This document shows, piece by piece, positions 11,121-24,252 of a stretch of DNA of 64,000 nucleotides. The notes under the pieces are model-generated. The model had not been told where the DNA came from. It did no database searches and was given only the letters and a program-made list of their open reading frames with translations. Position numbers and translations under genes: made by a program. This stretch comes from Phoronis australis. Its lineage: Eukaryota; Animalia; Phoronida. The stretch lies in the NCBI GenBank assembly GCA_002633005.1, contig NMRA01000226.1, forward strand, positions 487,004 to 551,003. Direction: 5' to 3'. Positions within the stretch are counted from its first letter, which is position 1. Every line of letters begins with the position of its first letter.

Positions 11121-13680
11121 AAACAAATAAACAACCCTAGAAGAACACCATTTGCTGTGCATTCTTGGGCACATGTCAACGCTGTTGGCTGAAATTGAAT
11201 AATTGTCACGATACATGTTGTAAAGTTTTTTGACTTTGAAAACTAGAATAATGAGATTTTGGTAATTCAACTTCTGCTGAATAAGAATTGCCTTACTGTC
11301 TCTACTTTGGTGTTGGCTTTTCAAATTTCTGTCTGTCTAGTAATCCTATTGTAAAGATAAATTTTGGCCTGTAAATCTCACCTGAGAACTCATCTGAGGT
11401 TCGTAACCATCACGCCTTGCTAGATCAATTTTGTTTTGCATATCCAAAGAGATGAATTTGTTGAGTTTGCAAATAAGGTTCCTTTATCTTTGAATGTTTT
11501 CTATTCTTTTGCAGCTCAAATATTCACTTACTTGTACTAACTTATGTCTTTAGTAAGAATTAAGTACATGCTTGCGAGTACTTATTAGAAATAGTAAACG
11601 AGTAGTTTTTCATTTGAACTGCCTTAGAATACCTGGTAGAATACCTATATTTTGTTGAGTTTTCTATTTTCTTTCCTTGTTCTACTTTCAGATCGACTGA
11701 CTTAAAGAAACGTTGCTTATTTAAGAAGCTGTTTTCCTAGTCTTCCAAGGCAATGCCTGCATGCTGTAGACACTCTTCATCAGTGAGAACATGTGATTGA
11801 ACCACTTTCTGCTTTCATTATTTTCAAAGCCTTATGAGTGCCAGTTCCATCTAGTGTTCATTCACTGAACTAGCCCATTTCCATTCAATTGAAAATCGTT
11901 TTGCTTTTAGCACATACAAGTCTAAGTGGTCTAATTTAACAGTTATTGTTTTGGATGTCGAACATCGTTAACGCCAGGTGCACAGTCGCTTTAGAGCTTT
12001 GAAATAGTGCTACTTAACCATTTTGTCTGATCTCGTGACAACCGAACAATCATTAAACAATAGCTATGGATTGTATAAAACTTCTTCTCTTCATTCCCAC
12101 GCTAACAGTTAATGCTTACAGCCCTGTCATGGGTACGAGGGTTCGTTATTAAAATTTCTTCATTCAAAATCTTCTAAGATTTAACAAATGGCAAGAGACG
12201 TGCTGTAGGGTGTGGTTATTTCAGGCCAAAAATAACAAATAACGGCTCATGAAATCACCCATCTGTTTATTTACTTCGATCTGTGAGATTACGCCTAACA
12301 AAATAGGTGCCCCACCTTGTAGGTACAAGGGCCTCACTGAAAGTTGTGTTAACGAGGGTTGTAAGTGGAACTCTGGTAACTGGGGATAGCTCGAAAAATT
12401 TTAGCTATCGGAGGGACTGAAATATAACTGAGGGGTGTGTTAGGACTGAGAGCAGCTCAAAAGTACAAGGGCCTCTAGACTGTTATAGCTTGGAGCCCCT
12501 GAGGAACCATAATCACTGTCTGTCGTGGTGTGTATATGATGAGGGTGAGAACCAGTTGCACACTACTCGTCATGTTACATTTAACATGGTGCTTTTAACA
12601 TTAGGTCAAGTAAATGGGCCTTTGAAGATTTAGCCATTTCTTGTCAAACTAGTTGCTGTAAAGTGTCTGTTGGAGAACCTGGGGTAAACTTTCCAGGAAA
12701 CTTGTTTAGGCCGTTTTGTACCAAGCCTTGGATTATGATTGTTGCTTTGTGGGTTAGTTTGTGTGACTGCAATTTAATCAAATATATTTACCGTGTAAAA
12801 CTGGCTGTGACCTTTTTCATCCAACTTAAAATTCCAAGGGAGATTTCACTTCTTGTTTCCTCATGGGAGACTAATCCCAGTGTGGGTGATGTCATTCCAT
12901 TCCGGATTTCATTTTTTGTACAGTTTGTACTTCCTTTAGAGAATTTCTGTAAATAATTCTTGTTTGGCTAGTTGATTCCCTTGCACCAAACGTTAGTCAC
13001 TTGCCAGTCAAGTGGACTTTGAATGAAATTTCCTTACCTACTGTACAGTTTTGAGGGCTCAGGAGGTTACAAAGCATTATTTTGTGTCAAAAGATTTTCG
13101 AGAATATGTTTTCAGTTTTCTCACGAAAATACCCCTTTGAGGGTGTTAGGGACCTGTTTCCTCGAAACCTACCAGGAGCACTTTATCCTGGTGGTTAATC
13201 AACTGGAAATTGACAGTAATTTGTAAGAGTTTAAGCATAGATTTTTAATTAAGTTTGCAGGTTGTTGGTGAATATGATGCCTGTAGCTGAATATGTATTG
13301 CAGTGCTATGGTGTTGAACTGTTCTGGTGTTCTTGTCTGTTTTTGACCTGTGTATGTGAATATGTCATCTGCAATTCTATGTTAAGGAATTCTTTTGATG
13401 TTCCATATAGGTAGGAAGACATTACCAGTCGGATGTCATTTCTGGTATGTGGATGGTTGATTATGATTCTAGTTTTAATAGTCCCGGAAATTTTTAAATG
13501 AGGCTCATTTGTGCTTGTTAGTAGCCATTGTGTATTTATTGTTTGTTTATTTATTTTGTATCCACTGCATCAGTGTCATTTAGCCCTGCATATTGGTCAA
13601 CCATTTCAATTTAGGGTTTGAATGTTATTCCCTAATTTTCTAAAAATGAGAAAACGCTTAACCATGTATTTGTAAGTATC

Positions 13681-13686
13681 AATAAA
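13681..13686 (+). promoter_or_regulatory. Candidate distal KEAP1 polyadenylation signal AATAAA
   Basis: AATAAA followed by GT/T-rich sequence at the end of a long T-rich tract running from the KEAP1 stop. A more proximal AATAAA exists near 9351. Confidence 0.35.
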
Positions 13687-14470
13687 CTATTTTGTTAAAT
13701 CTGGTTATTCTGTTGAGTTGATTCTCCCTTGCTGTTGAATACTGGGTTTGTTTGTAGTTTGTTTTCAAGGAACAGATATTTCACATCGAGAAATGGTAAA
13801 TGGAAATAAATAAGTTCTGGGAGTTGTAATGTATATTTCTATTTTAATTCAAAATAACTTTGTGAATGCGCAGTGACGAGTTTTCCGTTTTCATCCTTAC
13901 GTCAGAACACAATAGTTCCGTGCGTACTGGTTGACAGACCAAATTTCGAAGAAATGCCCTGTGTTCCAGTGACTCGGTGTTGGAAGCGTACGTTATAAAC
14001 ACGGAACTACCAACTTCGGTACACAAGGAATATGTGTTTAAAGACATCTCTATGAAATTTTCGGCTTTGCGCATCTCATGTACGTCGGCTTGTGCTTAAT
14101 ACAGAGCTACACTAAACGGTTAATATTCAATAAAGTACGTCTTTCGGTGCTGGGGTGGGCTGAATACGTCAAACTGAATAATGGAATGCATGACGCCTAG
14201 TGCGCTGTTCAATAACAGCAACGTGACGCATAATGCGGAGTCGTTGTCCAGGGCGTAATTTTGACAGACAGACGGCCAGTGCTGCTGGAAATTAGGATGG
14301 CGCCCATTTAAAGAGTGGGCTCGAGAAGAGGGTCCTGTTTTCGAGGTTAAGGAAGGTTCCATGAAAAATCACCGTTACCCGTAAGTTCCTAGGGGTTTGT
14401 TACGGTCATAAGGATTATGAGGCAACTATGTTTTAAATAAATTTAGTTTTATGCACTACAAGAATAAATG

Positions 14471-14865
14471 CATAGGCGGATTTGGGGAGGGTGACCGCCG
14501 CCGAGGGCAAACGCTGTGGACCATAAAGAAGTATGTCTCTTAGTATCATATTAGGAGTTAAATCGTGGTGGTGCATTGGTAAAGCATGCGTGCAATGTCC
14601 GCTAGCCTGTGGTACTTGCAGTTTTTCCTGGCTGACAGCGTCTTGTTTTTTCTTTTGCCTTTTTTGTCTTGGATAATACTTCGGGAATCAAGGAAAATGC
14701 TTGATATTTAGAGGATAAAACATAAAAATTTCCTGGGCGGGAGGGGGGATTGCCCCCTCACGACCTCCACCCATTCGGTGCTATGCGTATCTACAATCGT
14801 GCTTGGAGCAAATGTTTACAGACAAAATGTTGCCCCCCCCTTGTGATATCCTAGATCCGCCACTG
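14471..14865. mobile_element. MITE with CA...TG ends and 5-bp TSD (AAATG)
   Basis: aaatg|CATAGGCGGATTT ... TAGATCCGCCACTG|aaatg. Confidence 0.75.
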
Positions 14866-16387
14866 AAATGATACGTTGCTAAAACGATTATTTTTTATCC
14901 AAGGTTTTAGAATTTTGGATGATCTAATGAAACTCTTTTGTTAGGGCATTAAACCGTTAATTGTCCCCTTTCAGAAAATGCGCCCTTTTGTAGTAAAACG
15001 TTTTGTGAAAAAGTAATACACTGTACATCTAAGCTGCATGCACGTCGATCCGTATGTCAAGCTATGGTTATAATTTCTTATAGCGAAATGGGTCAGTGAC
15101 AAATGATTATGATACGTTTTGTTTCTTCATATTTTTAATAACATGAAATTGTGTCCAATTTTGGCGTAGAAAAAGTTGTAAAGTCTTTTTGGCTTATGAA
15201 GTTGAAGTCCGGCCATAGCTAGAAACATGTTTTCTGACTTGCTGATTCTCCTTTCTCAGATTTACATATTAATTTCACTGACAAAGGATTGAGGTCACTC
15301 AAAAGCTCCCTCACATATGAAGGGCCCACAGACTTTTCATTGAACGTTGATCATGTATGCGCATAATTAGGACCAAGCGTCTGCACGTGATGCCTCGCTC
15401 TATTAGCAGAAAGTACGCGCAACATTTGCTTACATGCGTGTGCGAAACACTTGAGAAAAAACGAGGAGCATGACGTCGGCGAAACTAGATTTTTTCGTTA
15501 CAAAATGGTAGACACTAACGAGTATCCAATTCTTAAATTTAATGCCGACGTCAGGATTCCACTAGTTCTTATAAAATCACATAAACATGGCAGATTTTGT
15601 TGCTGTTTTATATGTGTGGTCAAAGCTAAGAACTTCAAAAAAAAAACATTATCTGACCCAACAACAATCCCTGAAACCGATTGTGGTCGTTTAAAATAGT
15701 AACTATTAAATGGGAAGTATTACGAAGGTACAAACACTCACAAATAACACCGACTCAGATGCACGGCTGCAGGCCAATACGAAGCATTCTTGTGTCGTTG
15801 GTCTTGTTTATGAAGCCAAATTTTAATATCTCAGTGCGGCGTGTTTCTCTGTCCGCCTTCGAAGTATTTCGTAAAACACTTCGGTCTTGTATCAATAAAT
15901 CGTATCAATGGAAAAAAATGGCGTATACTGTACATGTAATGTGGATTTCCATTTTTAACAACAGTTGCAAAGTTCCCAAAACGTGTCAGTGAAAATCAAT
16001 TCTGAACATAATTCTGGTCAAAAGATGGCGATGCCAACAGCTCTATCACATTCCACTTACAGAAACGCCGGCGAAGTTCCTTCCCGAAAAACAATAATTT
16101 GTCGACAAACCAGAAGATTGTAAAACATAAAAAGTACTCTAGGGTCTTGACTGCTGGGAACGCAAGTAATTTTTTCATCACAGCAATGCTACAAACATTC
16201 TATATCTACTGAAAGCGCGCTTTGCAGCCTTATTGCGTCTTCGGTGCGGGTTCAGCATTGGAGAATTTTCATGCAAATCAGTGAATTCGCTTCTTCTAGA
16301 TGAGGTCCTCGACTTAATACGAGGTGCAAAAGCAATGAACTCACACATTGAAAATAATGCCACATCATGTTATTTGTAAACACGAAC

Positions 16388-16644
16388 CATGCGCTCACCC
16401 AGCCTAAAAATAGGGGGCTCGAATTTTTGAGAATGTGGACCTTTTACTAAAAAAGAAAAAAGAAAATGGGGTACTTTCAGAGCTATGACTTGTGCATTCG
16501 CCGAATTCCCGCCTTTTAGTGGACTTTTTTCTCGTTTTCTACTTTTTCAGACTTTTTGTTTCTCTGAGGCAGACCTTTTTGCCCACTTCGCCAAACGGGG
16601 GGTGCGTTCGAGCCCCCGAACCCCTCCCCTTGGGTGCGCGCGTG
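16388..16644. mobile_element. MITE, TIR CATGCGCGCACCCA, degenerate 5-bp TSD; same family as 23386-23649, opposite orientation
   Basis: cgaac|CATGCGCTCACCCAG ... TGGGTGCGCGCGTG|cgaaa. The internal sequence (tttttgcccacttcgccaaa, tttagtggactt) matches the reverse complement of the 23386 copy. Confidence 0.8.
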
Positions 16645-17099
16645 CGAAACAGTTATCGTTACACTTCATGGCCATCAAAAGTAACATAAAAACGAAGTTT
16701 AAAGCCCGCTATATCACCCCTCTCAAACTTACAGATGGTGAAGGCGGTCATTAAATATGAATAATTAATTTTGCGTCAGTTGTAGCGTTTTTGCTCTTTT
16801 ACAAAAACGTAGCGTCGCCTTTGCAATAACTTATTTTCCGGATCAAACGTCTTAGCTACCACCTTATTTAGAACTTTCAGAACCCACGTGTTTTACAGTG
16901 TTATTTCCTTAATTTTGTGTCACTAAAATTCCTTAAAATGCATTTAATGACAATGAGATGAAATAGTATGTTTATACATTTTAGTGAGCGTTTATCATTG
17001 ACTGAAGTGTTGATACACGGCCCATCGTCCGAGTCGTTCTAATTCTGTGGGCTACACATTTTAACTGAGCTTGTATCATTGAAAGTAATCAATTTGTGG

Positions 17100-19619
17100 C
17101 TACAGCCCAACGTCCGAGTCATCACGACTCCTGTGTGTTTGTAATGGATTCAACGCCTTCTTTCTGTTGCCAAGTTTTGGTGCGTTTTCCCTGGGTACGA
17201 ACATCGATGACACGCGTTTTACCACATTGCCTCTGCTCGGCTTTTCAGAACTGCGGAACAACTCTCGGCGCTGTTCGAAAGTGTCACTGTTCTCAGTCGA
17301 ATTGCCTCCTGTAAACTGATTTACATCGAAGTACATAATGTCCTTTTTTGGAACCCGTTGCTGCCGTCTGCTTAGCGTCACTTCCGTATTCACTTGACTG
17401 GTGCTTTCGTTCAGTGATTTTGGACTCCACCAAGTAGCACTGTCGTCTTGATGAGCTCTACCGGAAGTGTTGGCGTCTGATACATAAATACTTTTTCTCT
17501 CACTCGTTTCTGGATCTTTTGAAAGTTTGGAATCAGCAAAGCTGAATTTTTTTAAGTGGCTGGTAAGTTCACTCTCATTGGAATCCTGTTGTTTCTTTGG
17601 AATATGCAAGACCCGCTTTAATTTTTTCTTCAGTGTTGCGGTTGATCCCTCTTCAGGGTTCTTCAATCCCGTATCAACCGCTTCGTGCTTTGAGTGCGCC
17701 ACTGGTGATCGTTTTTTCTTCTTCTGTTGCCTTTGCAGCGTCGACATGTGTGCATAGTATTCGTCGTCTTCCTCATCTCGAATGTACTGCGAGAAGTCCT
17801 CTCCGCCATATTCTTTGAATTGCATGATACTACTACCGTCTCGAGCGCCGTACGTCATGGTCGCGTTGTAGTCATCATAGCTACCCCACGTGTAATCACG
17901 TGACCCGTGGGTTGATCGGGCTGGCATTGTGCTGTATCGAATTTCAGAGGGAGCATAAAAGTTGCCCGCTTGGGGCTTTCGCACGTGACTATTTTCTCCT
18001 TCTTTTCCTCCAAACGAGAAATTTGTGTCTACTTGCTCGTCACAGTCTCCGTATTGCTCGATACCACTGTCTTCTGAAAGGTTAGACCCGTCGTATATGT
18101 TAGCATCGTAAAAGCCTGGCTCTAAGCCCTTTCCAGAATGTTTCAATTTTGCACGTTCCAGTGTTGTAAAAAAATTGGCCTCGCCGGTAAAATCCGTGTA
18201 ATTTTCTCCGTCAAATTTCCCTTCAAATGTCGCTTGTTTGTCGGTTTCAAACAGTGGGTTTCGCCGCCTGTTCTCGTAGTGTGGTAAAGGTAAACTGTCC
18301 TGTCTCTCCGTTGGAGTGAAATTTGGCGTATGGTAATAACTTCCGTTTTTGCTATCCTGCTCCATGGACACATTGCCATACTTTGACGTCGAATAGTCTT
18401 GAAAGCTTAATCTTGTCGGTGGCTGCAAAGTTTGAGGGCGCGTATGCTGTATTCCAATGCTAAAGGCCTCATTGCTGTTTCGATCAATTCCTTCCTCGCC
18501 ACCATGTATTGTCGAATGGGGCGAACTTATGTTAGTAGGCCTACCGTCACGACCGTATGATGTAGTTATTTCGATATTCCGTTTATAGGTGCCAGAATTT
18601 TGGCGGTAATCGGGAAATTCGTCTGCTTCCTCTTCCTCACTCTCGTTTAGGTCAAATAAGTTACCTGCCGAACCAAACCCTCTTTGGTTTTTGAGACCAG
18701 GGTGTCGCGGCCCTGCAGCCCGTATCTCGTGCCCTTTCGAAATCTGTTCACCTTTTGGGGACAGTTTTATAACTGTCCGAGTACTTCCCGGTGGGTAACC
18801 GTAATTCTCCAACTGATTTGATTCCAAAACGTGCCTGTCCATTCTTTCCGAGTTAGGTTGGTTACTGGTACATGTATATTGAATGGTCTCAACTCCCTGT
18901 TTACCCGTTAGTTGTTGTGGCGATCTCGTCATCGGTTGAGACTGACGATATCTGATGGGTTGCCCATCGACTCCATAGTAGGACACCTTCGTATTGTAGC
19001 CGGTGGATTCTACACTGCGATTCTCTGGCTCTGGTATCTTTTCTTTCAGAAGGTTTTCGTTATCAGCCGGTAGACCAATTTCACGATCTAGATTGATTCC
19101 AAAATGGAACATTTTCACAATTGGACGTCTAGCAAATAGTGAATGAAAATTTTCGTCTTGAACGCCACTTGAGGAATGATGCTCTGACTTTCTTTTGCCC
19201 TTCGTGGACTTCGACTGTTTGTGGCGAATGCGTTTCACCACTCCACTGCCCGTTAGCCTGTGCTGGTCTTCCGATTCAGAATGTATGTTTACAACCGATT
19301 TTCTACCTTTTCGTTGTTTCGTCCTCGGGCTACCTCCAGTTGGTTGTTGCCACGATGTTCGTTCTTGAGAAATGTCCTTACTTCGCCTCCTTCGTACTGA
19401 GCGCTCACATTCCTCGATTAGTTTTCTCGCTCGTGGTTTAAACTTTATGCTTTTTATGTTGTTTTCATAGTCTAGGACGCCTGTTTCCCCCGTAAGAGAA
19501 TGTAATTTAACGCCACTATCCTCTATGGCGAGTTTCGGTCCCTCGACGTGGCGTTTCCCAGCGACAGGGCGATACTCGCAAAATATGTCTTTAACATGCG
19601 GGATTTTTCTGCTTGCCAT
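17100..19619 (-). CDS. Uncharacterised intronless 839-aa hydrophilic, probably disordered protein
   Basis: A 2520-nt uninterrupted ATG-to-TAG ORF, more GC-rich than its flanks. The product is S/G/E/K/R/Y-rich with basic clusters (VRRRRSK, QQKKKKRSP, LKKKLKR). I see no signal peptide, transmembrane segment or domain. Confidence 0.8.
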   Translation of the reverse strand: MASRKIPHVKDIFCEYRPVAGKRHVEGPKLAIEDSGVKLHSLTGETGVLDYENNIKSIKFKPRARKLIEECERSVRRRRSKDISQERTSWQQPTGGSPRTKQRKGRKSVVNIHSESEDQHRLTGSGVVKRIRHKQSKSTKGKRKSEHHSSSGVQDENFHSLFARRPIVKMFHFGINLDREIGLPADNENLLKEKIPEPENRSVESTGYNTKVSYYGVDGQPIRYRQSQPMTRSPQQLTGKQGVETIQYTCTSNQPNSERMDRHVLESNQLENYGYPPGSTRTVIKLSPKGEQISKGHEIRAAGPRHPGLKNQRGFGSAGNLFDLNESEEEEADEFPDYRQNSGTYKRNIEITTSYGRDGRPTNISSPHSTIHGGEEGIDRNSNEAFSIGIQHTRPQTLQPPTRLSFQDYSTSKYGNVSMEQDSKNGSYYHTPNFTPTERQDSLPLPHYENRRRNPLFETDKQATFEGKFDGENYTDFTGEANFFTTLERAKLKHSGKGLEPGFYDANIYDGSNLSEDSGIEQYGDCDEQVDTNFSFGGKEGENSHVRKPQAGNFYAPSEIRYSTMPARSTHGSRDYTWGSYDDYNATMTYGARDGSSIMQFKEYGGEDFSQYIRDEEDDEYYAHMSTLQRQQKKKKRSPVAHSKHEAVDTGLKNPEEGSTATLKKKLKRVLHIPKKQQDSNESELTSHLKKFSFADSKLSKDPETSERKSIYVSDANTSGRAHQDDSATWWSPKSLNESTSQVNTEVTLSRRQQRVPKKDIMYFDVNQFTGGNSTENSDTFEQRRELFRSSEKPSRGNVVKRVSSMFVPRENAPKLGNRKKALNPLQTHRSRDDSDVGL

Positions 19620-22600
19620 AGTTTGTGAACAATAACTTCGTCAACGAGCTTATATAGCTTGTTAAATTAAACCATCCTCGTAGTACTTCCTTGTCGCAGC
19701 GAGAGTGTAAGAAACATTTGAAATGTTTTATCTGGTTCATACGTTCACGTCAATAACTCTGCCCTATTGTTGTATATTCACTATCAAATTTATTTAGATT
19801 TAAAATACATGTCACCAATTTTCATTGTTTTCATATGAGCACGTTTTACTGTCGTCGTGTTTTATTCAGTTAACTTAGCGAGGCGTGGTGTTTTGAGTTA
19901 TGACCTCGTTGAATTTGTCTTTTTTCTCACACTCTGCGTGTACTGCTACATGTATATACTTGCGTGGCATTAGGATGGTGGTCCGATCAAGGCTGGTTAG
20001 AAATCCGAAAAAGTTCAAAAAGATCAGTACCTTTCACAGTTAGTGCGTGCAAAATCTACGCACACAGCCAGCTGCTACTGGAGGCGAATTGAACAGATAG
20101 CTATACAACTCTTAGGTTTATTTTTTCAATAAACTTAACTATCTTATGCATCATCAAATGTTAGGAGACGTTTATTTTTCCTATTCATCGAACTAAATTA
20201 CTCGGATTTAGTTCAACGTCTGAGGTAAATTTGTGCCATGGACTATTTTAACTTCAACTGGTTACGTGAGAACGTCATCGTGTATCGTGGTGTGTATTGC
20301 AGATCGAGGTACATGTATGTTCATTCAGTCAATTTCAGAGGCTCACTTAGGCTACGTTAAGACATTACGGACTTAATTTACTTGAAGCGGCCATGTGATA
20401 TTTAAAAAAGTGTAGGTCGTAAATATTGATAGATTCTGATGGCGTTCTTGTTTAAAAACATGATTAATTGAGACGATCTCCTTCACTCGTAATGGTTTCA
20501 TTTAAAGTGAAGTGAAGAGTTTCGAATTTAAAAAAATGCTTCTGTGCGTATTATGTGTCTGCCTGAGTAATATACATCAAGCCAGACACTTCGGCCTAGA
20601 GCCTTTGTCTTGTAAGCTACCTTAAAATTGTTGTATTTTTTCATTAAAGAATTATTCTTTACGGGATTATTGCTTTTCCTGGCTAAACATTATCAAAGAC
20701 CTCTTTTTAGAGAAACGCTGTTTGATACTTTTGTGTTGATGAAAATTTGATATTAGAAGACTGCGGCTCCCCATTTTAGTTCAAATTCGTTTTCCTTTTT
20801 CACTTTGGTGGAAACTATTTTGTTTCCGGTTGAATGTCTAACTTTGACAATCCCGGAAACATTAAAAAATTAAAGTCTCTCACGTCAAACAATTTGTGCT
20901 GGGAATTCGACGTATATTACTGTTCAGACGGGAAAAAATACTTGACCGTCCTTAAAGAAATCAGTTAGACATAAAATGGAACGACGTTTGATGTTGAAAA
21001 ATAAGTTTGATTCTGGTTCTATATCTTGCGCAGGAAAATACAATAAATTTGAATTTTCATTAAAATCATGTTGAGAAAATTCGACAAAAGGATGTAGTAG
21101 CAACGCAACGGTGGAATTCGGAAACTACTGAATTCATAAAATTTTGTGACGGCCAGTGGTGACGAAAAATTGGCTTGATGTCAAAGTACTGCTACACAGG
21201 TCCCAAAATTAGTTTTTGTTGTTGCTACGGGAGCGCTTCTGTGCATCATACGTACCTTGAATCATTCGCATTTCATACCTGTCCATTAATTGTGAATTTT
21301 ACAGTGTTTTTTCGTGACAAGGGTAGCCTCGGTTGTATAATTGTAAGTATACCTGGCATACGTTCCGTAAAGGCGAGAATTTCGCGAAACCTCGAGAACA
21401 CGCAAGACACGCGAGATATCGCCATGTATTACAAGCGAAGAACGTGATCGCACTACCTTCCTCAGCGAGATTCTTGCGTCTACGAAACTCTATCTGGGTG
21501 TTATCTCTTTTTCTTATTTAACCGCGCACGCTATGTTTGTGAGTTCTGAGTGTAAATCACAGTTTCATTCCAAATTCTAATATTCCTATCAAGGTTATCT
21601 CCTCACACGTACGCCACAGGCTCCAATGCGGGCGCTTCCCTCAAGCTCTCTAAAGCCAGTAACCGATACAGAGTTGGGGCGAAAAAAGCTGCGAAAGCAC
21701 AAATAAACTGGGAGTCGGATTTCTGTAAGTGTGTGGTATTGTTTATAACTGCTAATTAATAGCCTCCGCGTTAAATCAAACAGTCTCTTCGATGAAGTGA
21801 GGGTTTCAGCCATATCATCAGCGCACCGCAAACACATCTTTAACGATTTAAAACAAGATCGAATTAATGATAAGAAAACAGTCTATGTCCCCACACATAC
21901 AAGTATATTTCACAGAACTATTGTTGTTTGGTCAGTTTCGTTGTGGTTCTGAAGCCGACAAGCAATGCCGCGCGTTAAACCTGATATATTTTTACTTCTG
22001 GACTCTATTGTTTTAGTGATTCAGAGAGTTTCGGTTTGATTTTGTTTTGGCCTATGTGTCAATCTAGAATTGCGTTCGGTCTGGGAAAATACCGTAAAAT
22101 ACTAATATCCGTTACCGAATGGCTATATTTTGACGAGTTTGCCCAGAATTATTTTGGTGTAGTGCCACTCGTTAGTGAAGTCTGACGTGCTGTGCGACGT
22201 GGACGTCATGCGAAGCACAAGAGAGTAGTTCCAAGAAATTGATTTTTGAGCAAATAAGGATATGTCGACACTTAATTTATTTTTTGGTAAAATAGTTGTT
22301 TCCATTAAAACCACATAAAACGATTCGTAAAGCAGTTAAATTCAATAAAAAAACTTAAGGAATTTGAATTAGTGGCAAGATTTTTTGCGGAATACGTGGA
22401 TTACTACAGGATTAGTAAGACTGTGGTCGCTCCGTTTAAATTTGATAATAAATATGCCGAACAGTGGTGTTATTTAAGAAACTTTCAGTTTAGTGATATC
22501 TTTCAAAACTCAATCGGAGTTCGAAATTTTGAACTACTCATACTTATAATTTCACAATTATGACATGTTTTCCATTATCAAGACATAATGATTTTTCCTT

Positions 22601-23385
22601 GTACAGTATACAATGCATTCCTTGTAAAAAGTTGATAGTCGAGAAAAGGCAAACCCGTGTACACTAATTTTTCAACGAATAGAATCTCATCATATTTGAA
22701 AATTGGTGCAAAAATAAAGTTTTTAATGAAATTGCGATTAATGTTCTTATTGCCGACGCTGATCATTGTGGAATTCAGTAGCGGTCGTAGCTAATGCGTT
22801 ATTTATGGCCGAAGCTACATGTAATGACTAATTAGCCAAGCGTGACACCAATAGGTGTAATACTTACAAACATTCCTCCTTGGCTTGTTGTGATTGTGTA
22901 GTTGAGATGTCTGACTTGTCATCAGTAGGATATCAACATGTCACTCCCATGCATTTGTTGCCATATTTTATTACACTTGAGCTATCGAAGTGCTAATATG
23001 GAACCGGAGTATTAATTTAAAATTTTGTTTTCTTTGGTTTGGGGCGAAATTGGAATAGTTCACCGAAACGCGTGGGGAAGTGATAGCTTTTCATAAACCA
23101 ACTTTCGTTTAATGCTTTGATTGAGTTTAAATGATATAATTTCTCAACGTTTTTAATCTGAAGAAGAATGAAAAATGTTGAAATACGTTGACGCGAACAT
23201 GGTTGTGGAATACTGTACAAGATCTTCCGGCCTTGGCTCTCATCTCTTTCCTCTCAATAGGTGTAAACTTGTTTCGTATTGGCTTGGAATAAATACTGTT
23301 TCATTCTATTTAATTCTTAGTTTGTACGAGAAAGTTTGTCCACGAAAGCGTGTGTATATCTACGTTGTGTTTTTCGTCGACGCCA

Positions 23386-23649
23386 CATGCGCGCACCCAG
23401 GGGAAGCTCGGGGAGGCTCGAACGAGCCCCCCATTTGGCGAAGTGGGCAAAAAGGTCCGCCCCTGAGAAACAAAAAGTCGAGAAAATGGGACAAAGTCCA
23501 CTAAATAAGCGCGAACGCGCAATTCACAGTGGTGCTCCCGTTTTTTTTTTGTTTTTTTTTATTTAGTCCGCCGGCTATTTTGTTACCAAAAGGTCCACAA
23601 CGCCAGGAATTCGAGAGCCCCCCCATATTGAAGGCTGGGTGCGCGCATG
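23386..23649. mobile_element. MITE with perfect 15-bp TIR CATGCGCGCACCCAG
   Basis: cgcca|CATGCGCGCACCCAG ... CTGGGTGCGCGCATG|cgtca; TSD matches at 4 of 5 positions. Confidence 0.85.
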
Positions 23650-24252
23650 CGTCATGACGATCAAGAGAAAAGCAATATTGAGTTGAAAATATATATTTGC
23701 TGACGAACGGTGTAAAGAGGAAATTATTGTTTCGAAGTTTGCGTGTTTTTTAACGTCAAGGCATGTTTTGTAAATTGCTTATGATGTCAATTAAATAAAA
23801 ATCTATTTGGAATTTCCGTTGAGGATTTTGCTAGTTTGAATCTACTAAACGTCATACTCACTGCCCTTTGGATGTTAGAAGTGATAATTCACTGTCATCA
23901 ACTATATAGTTTTGTATTTGTACTTCTTTATTTTTCTGCCTTTCTTCGTGTTATTTTAGCGTAATGTCAATCTTATAATACCACATTTCAAATCCAACCA
24001 TCGAGGCTACACTCACACCGTTTTGGGATATGTCACGTGATTACGCACCAGCAGTGGTAATCCCTCAACCATAAACTCCGCCATGACACTTGCGTACGTA
24101 TGTCGACTTTTCCTTTGTTTCGCAGAAATAAGTCTAGATTTCGAAAGAAATGTGGCTCGACAGATGACACTAACACAAAAGAAACTGTTAGGAAAACACC
24201 AAATGTTTTCTAAATATCAACAGCATGCTGTCTATAAATATTTCGCGTCCCA

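Noticed and set aside
19470-19500. LTGETGV in the 839-aa protein as a KEAP1-binding ETGE motif
   Set aside because: It lacks the DxETGE consensus; adjacency to KEAP1 is not evidence.
16388-23649. Inverted MITE pair bracketing the 839-aa ORF as a composite transposon
   Set aside because: Each copy has its own TIRs and its own TSD, so they are independent insertions.
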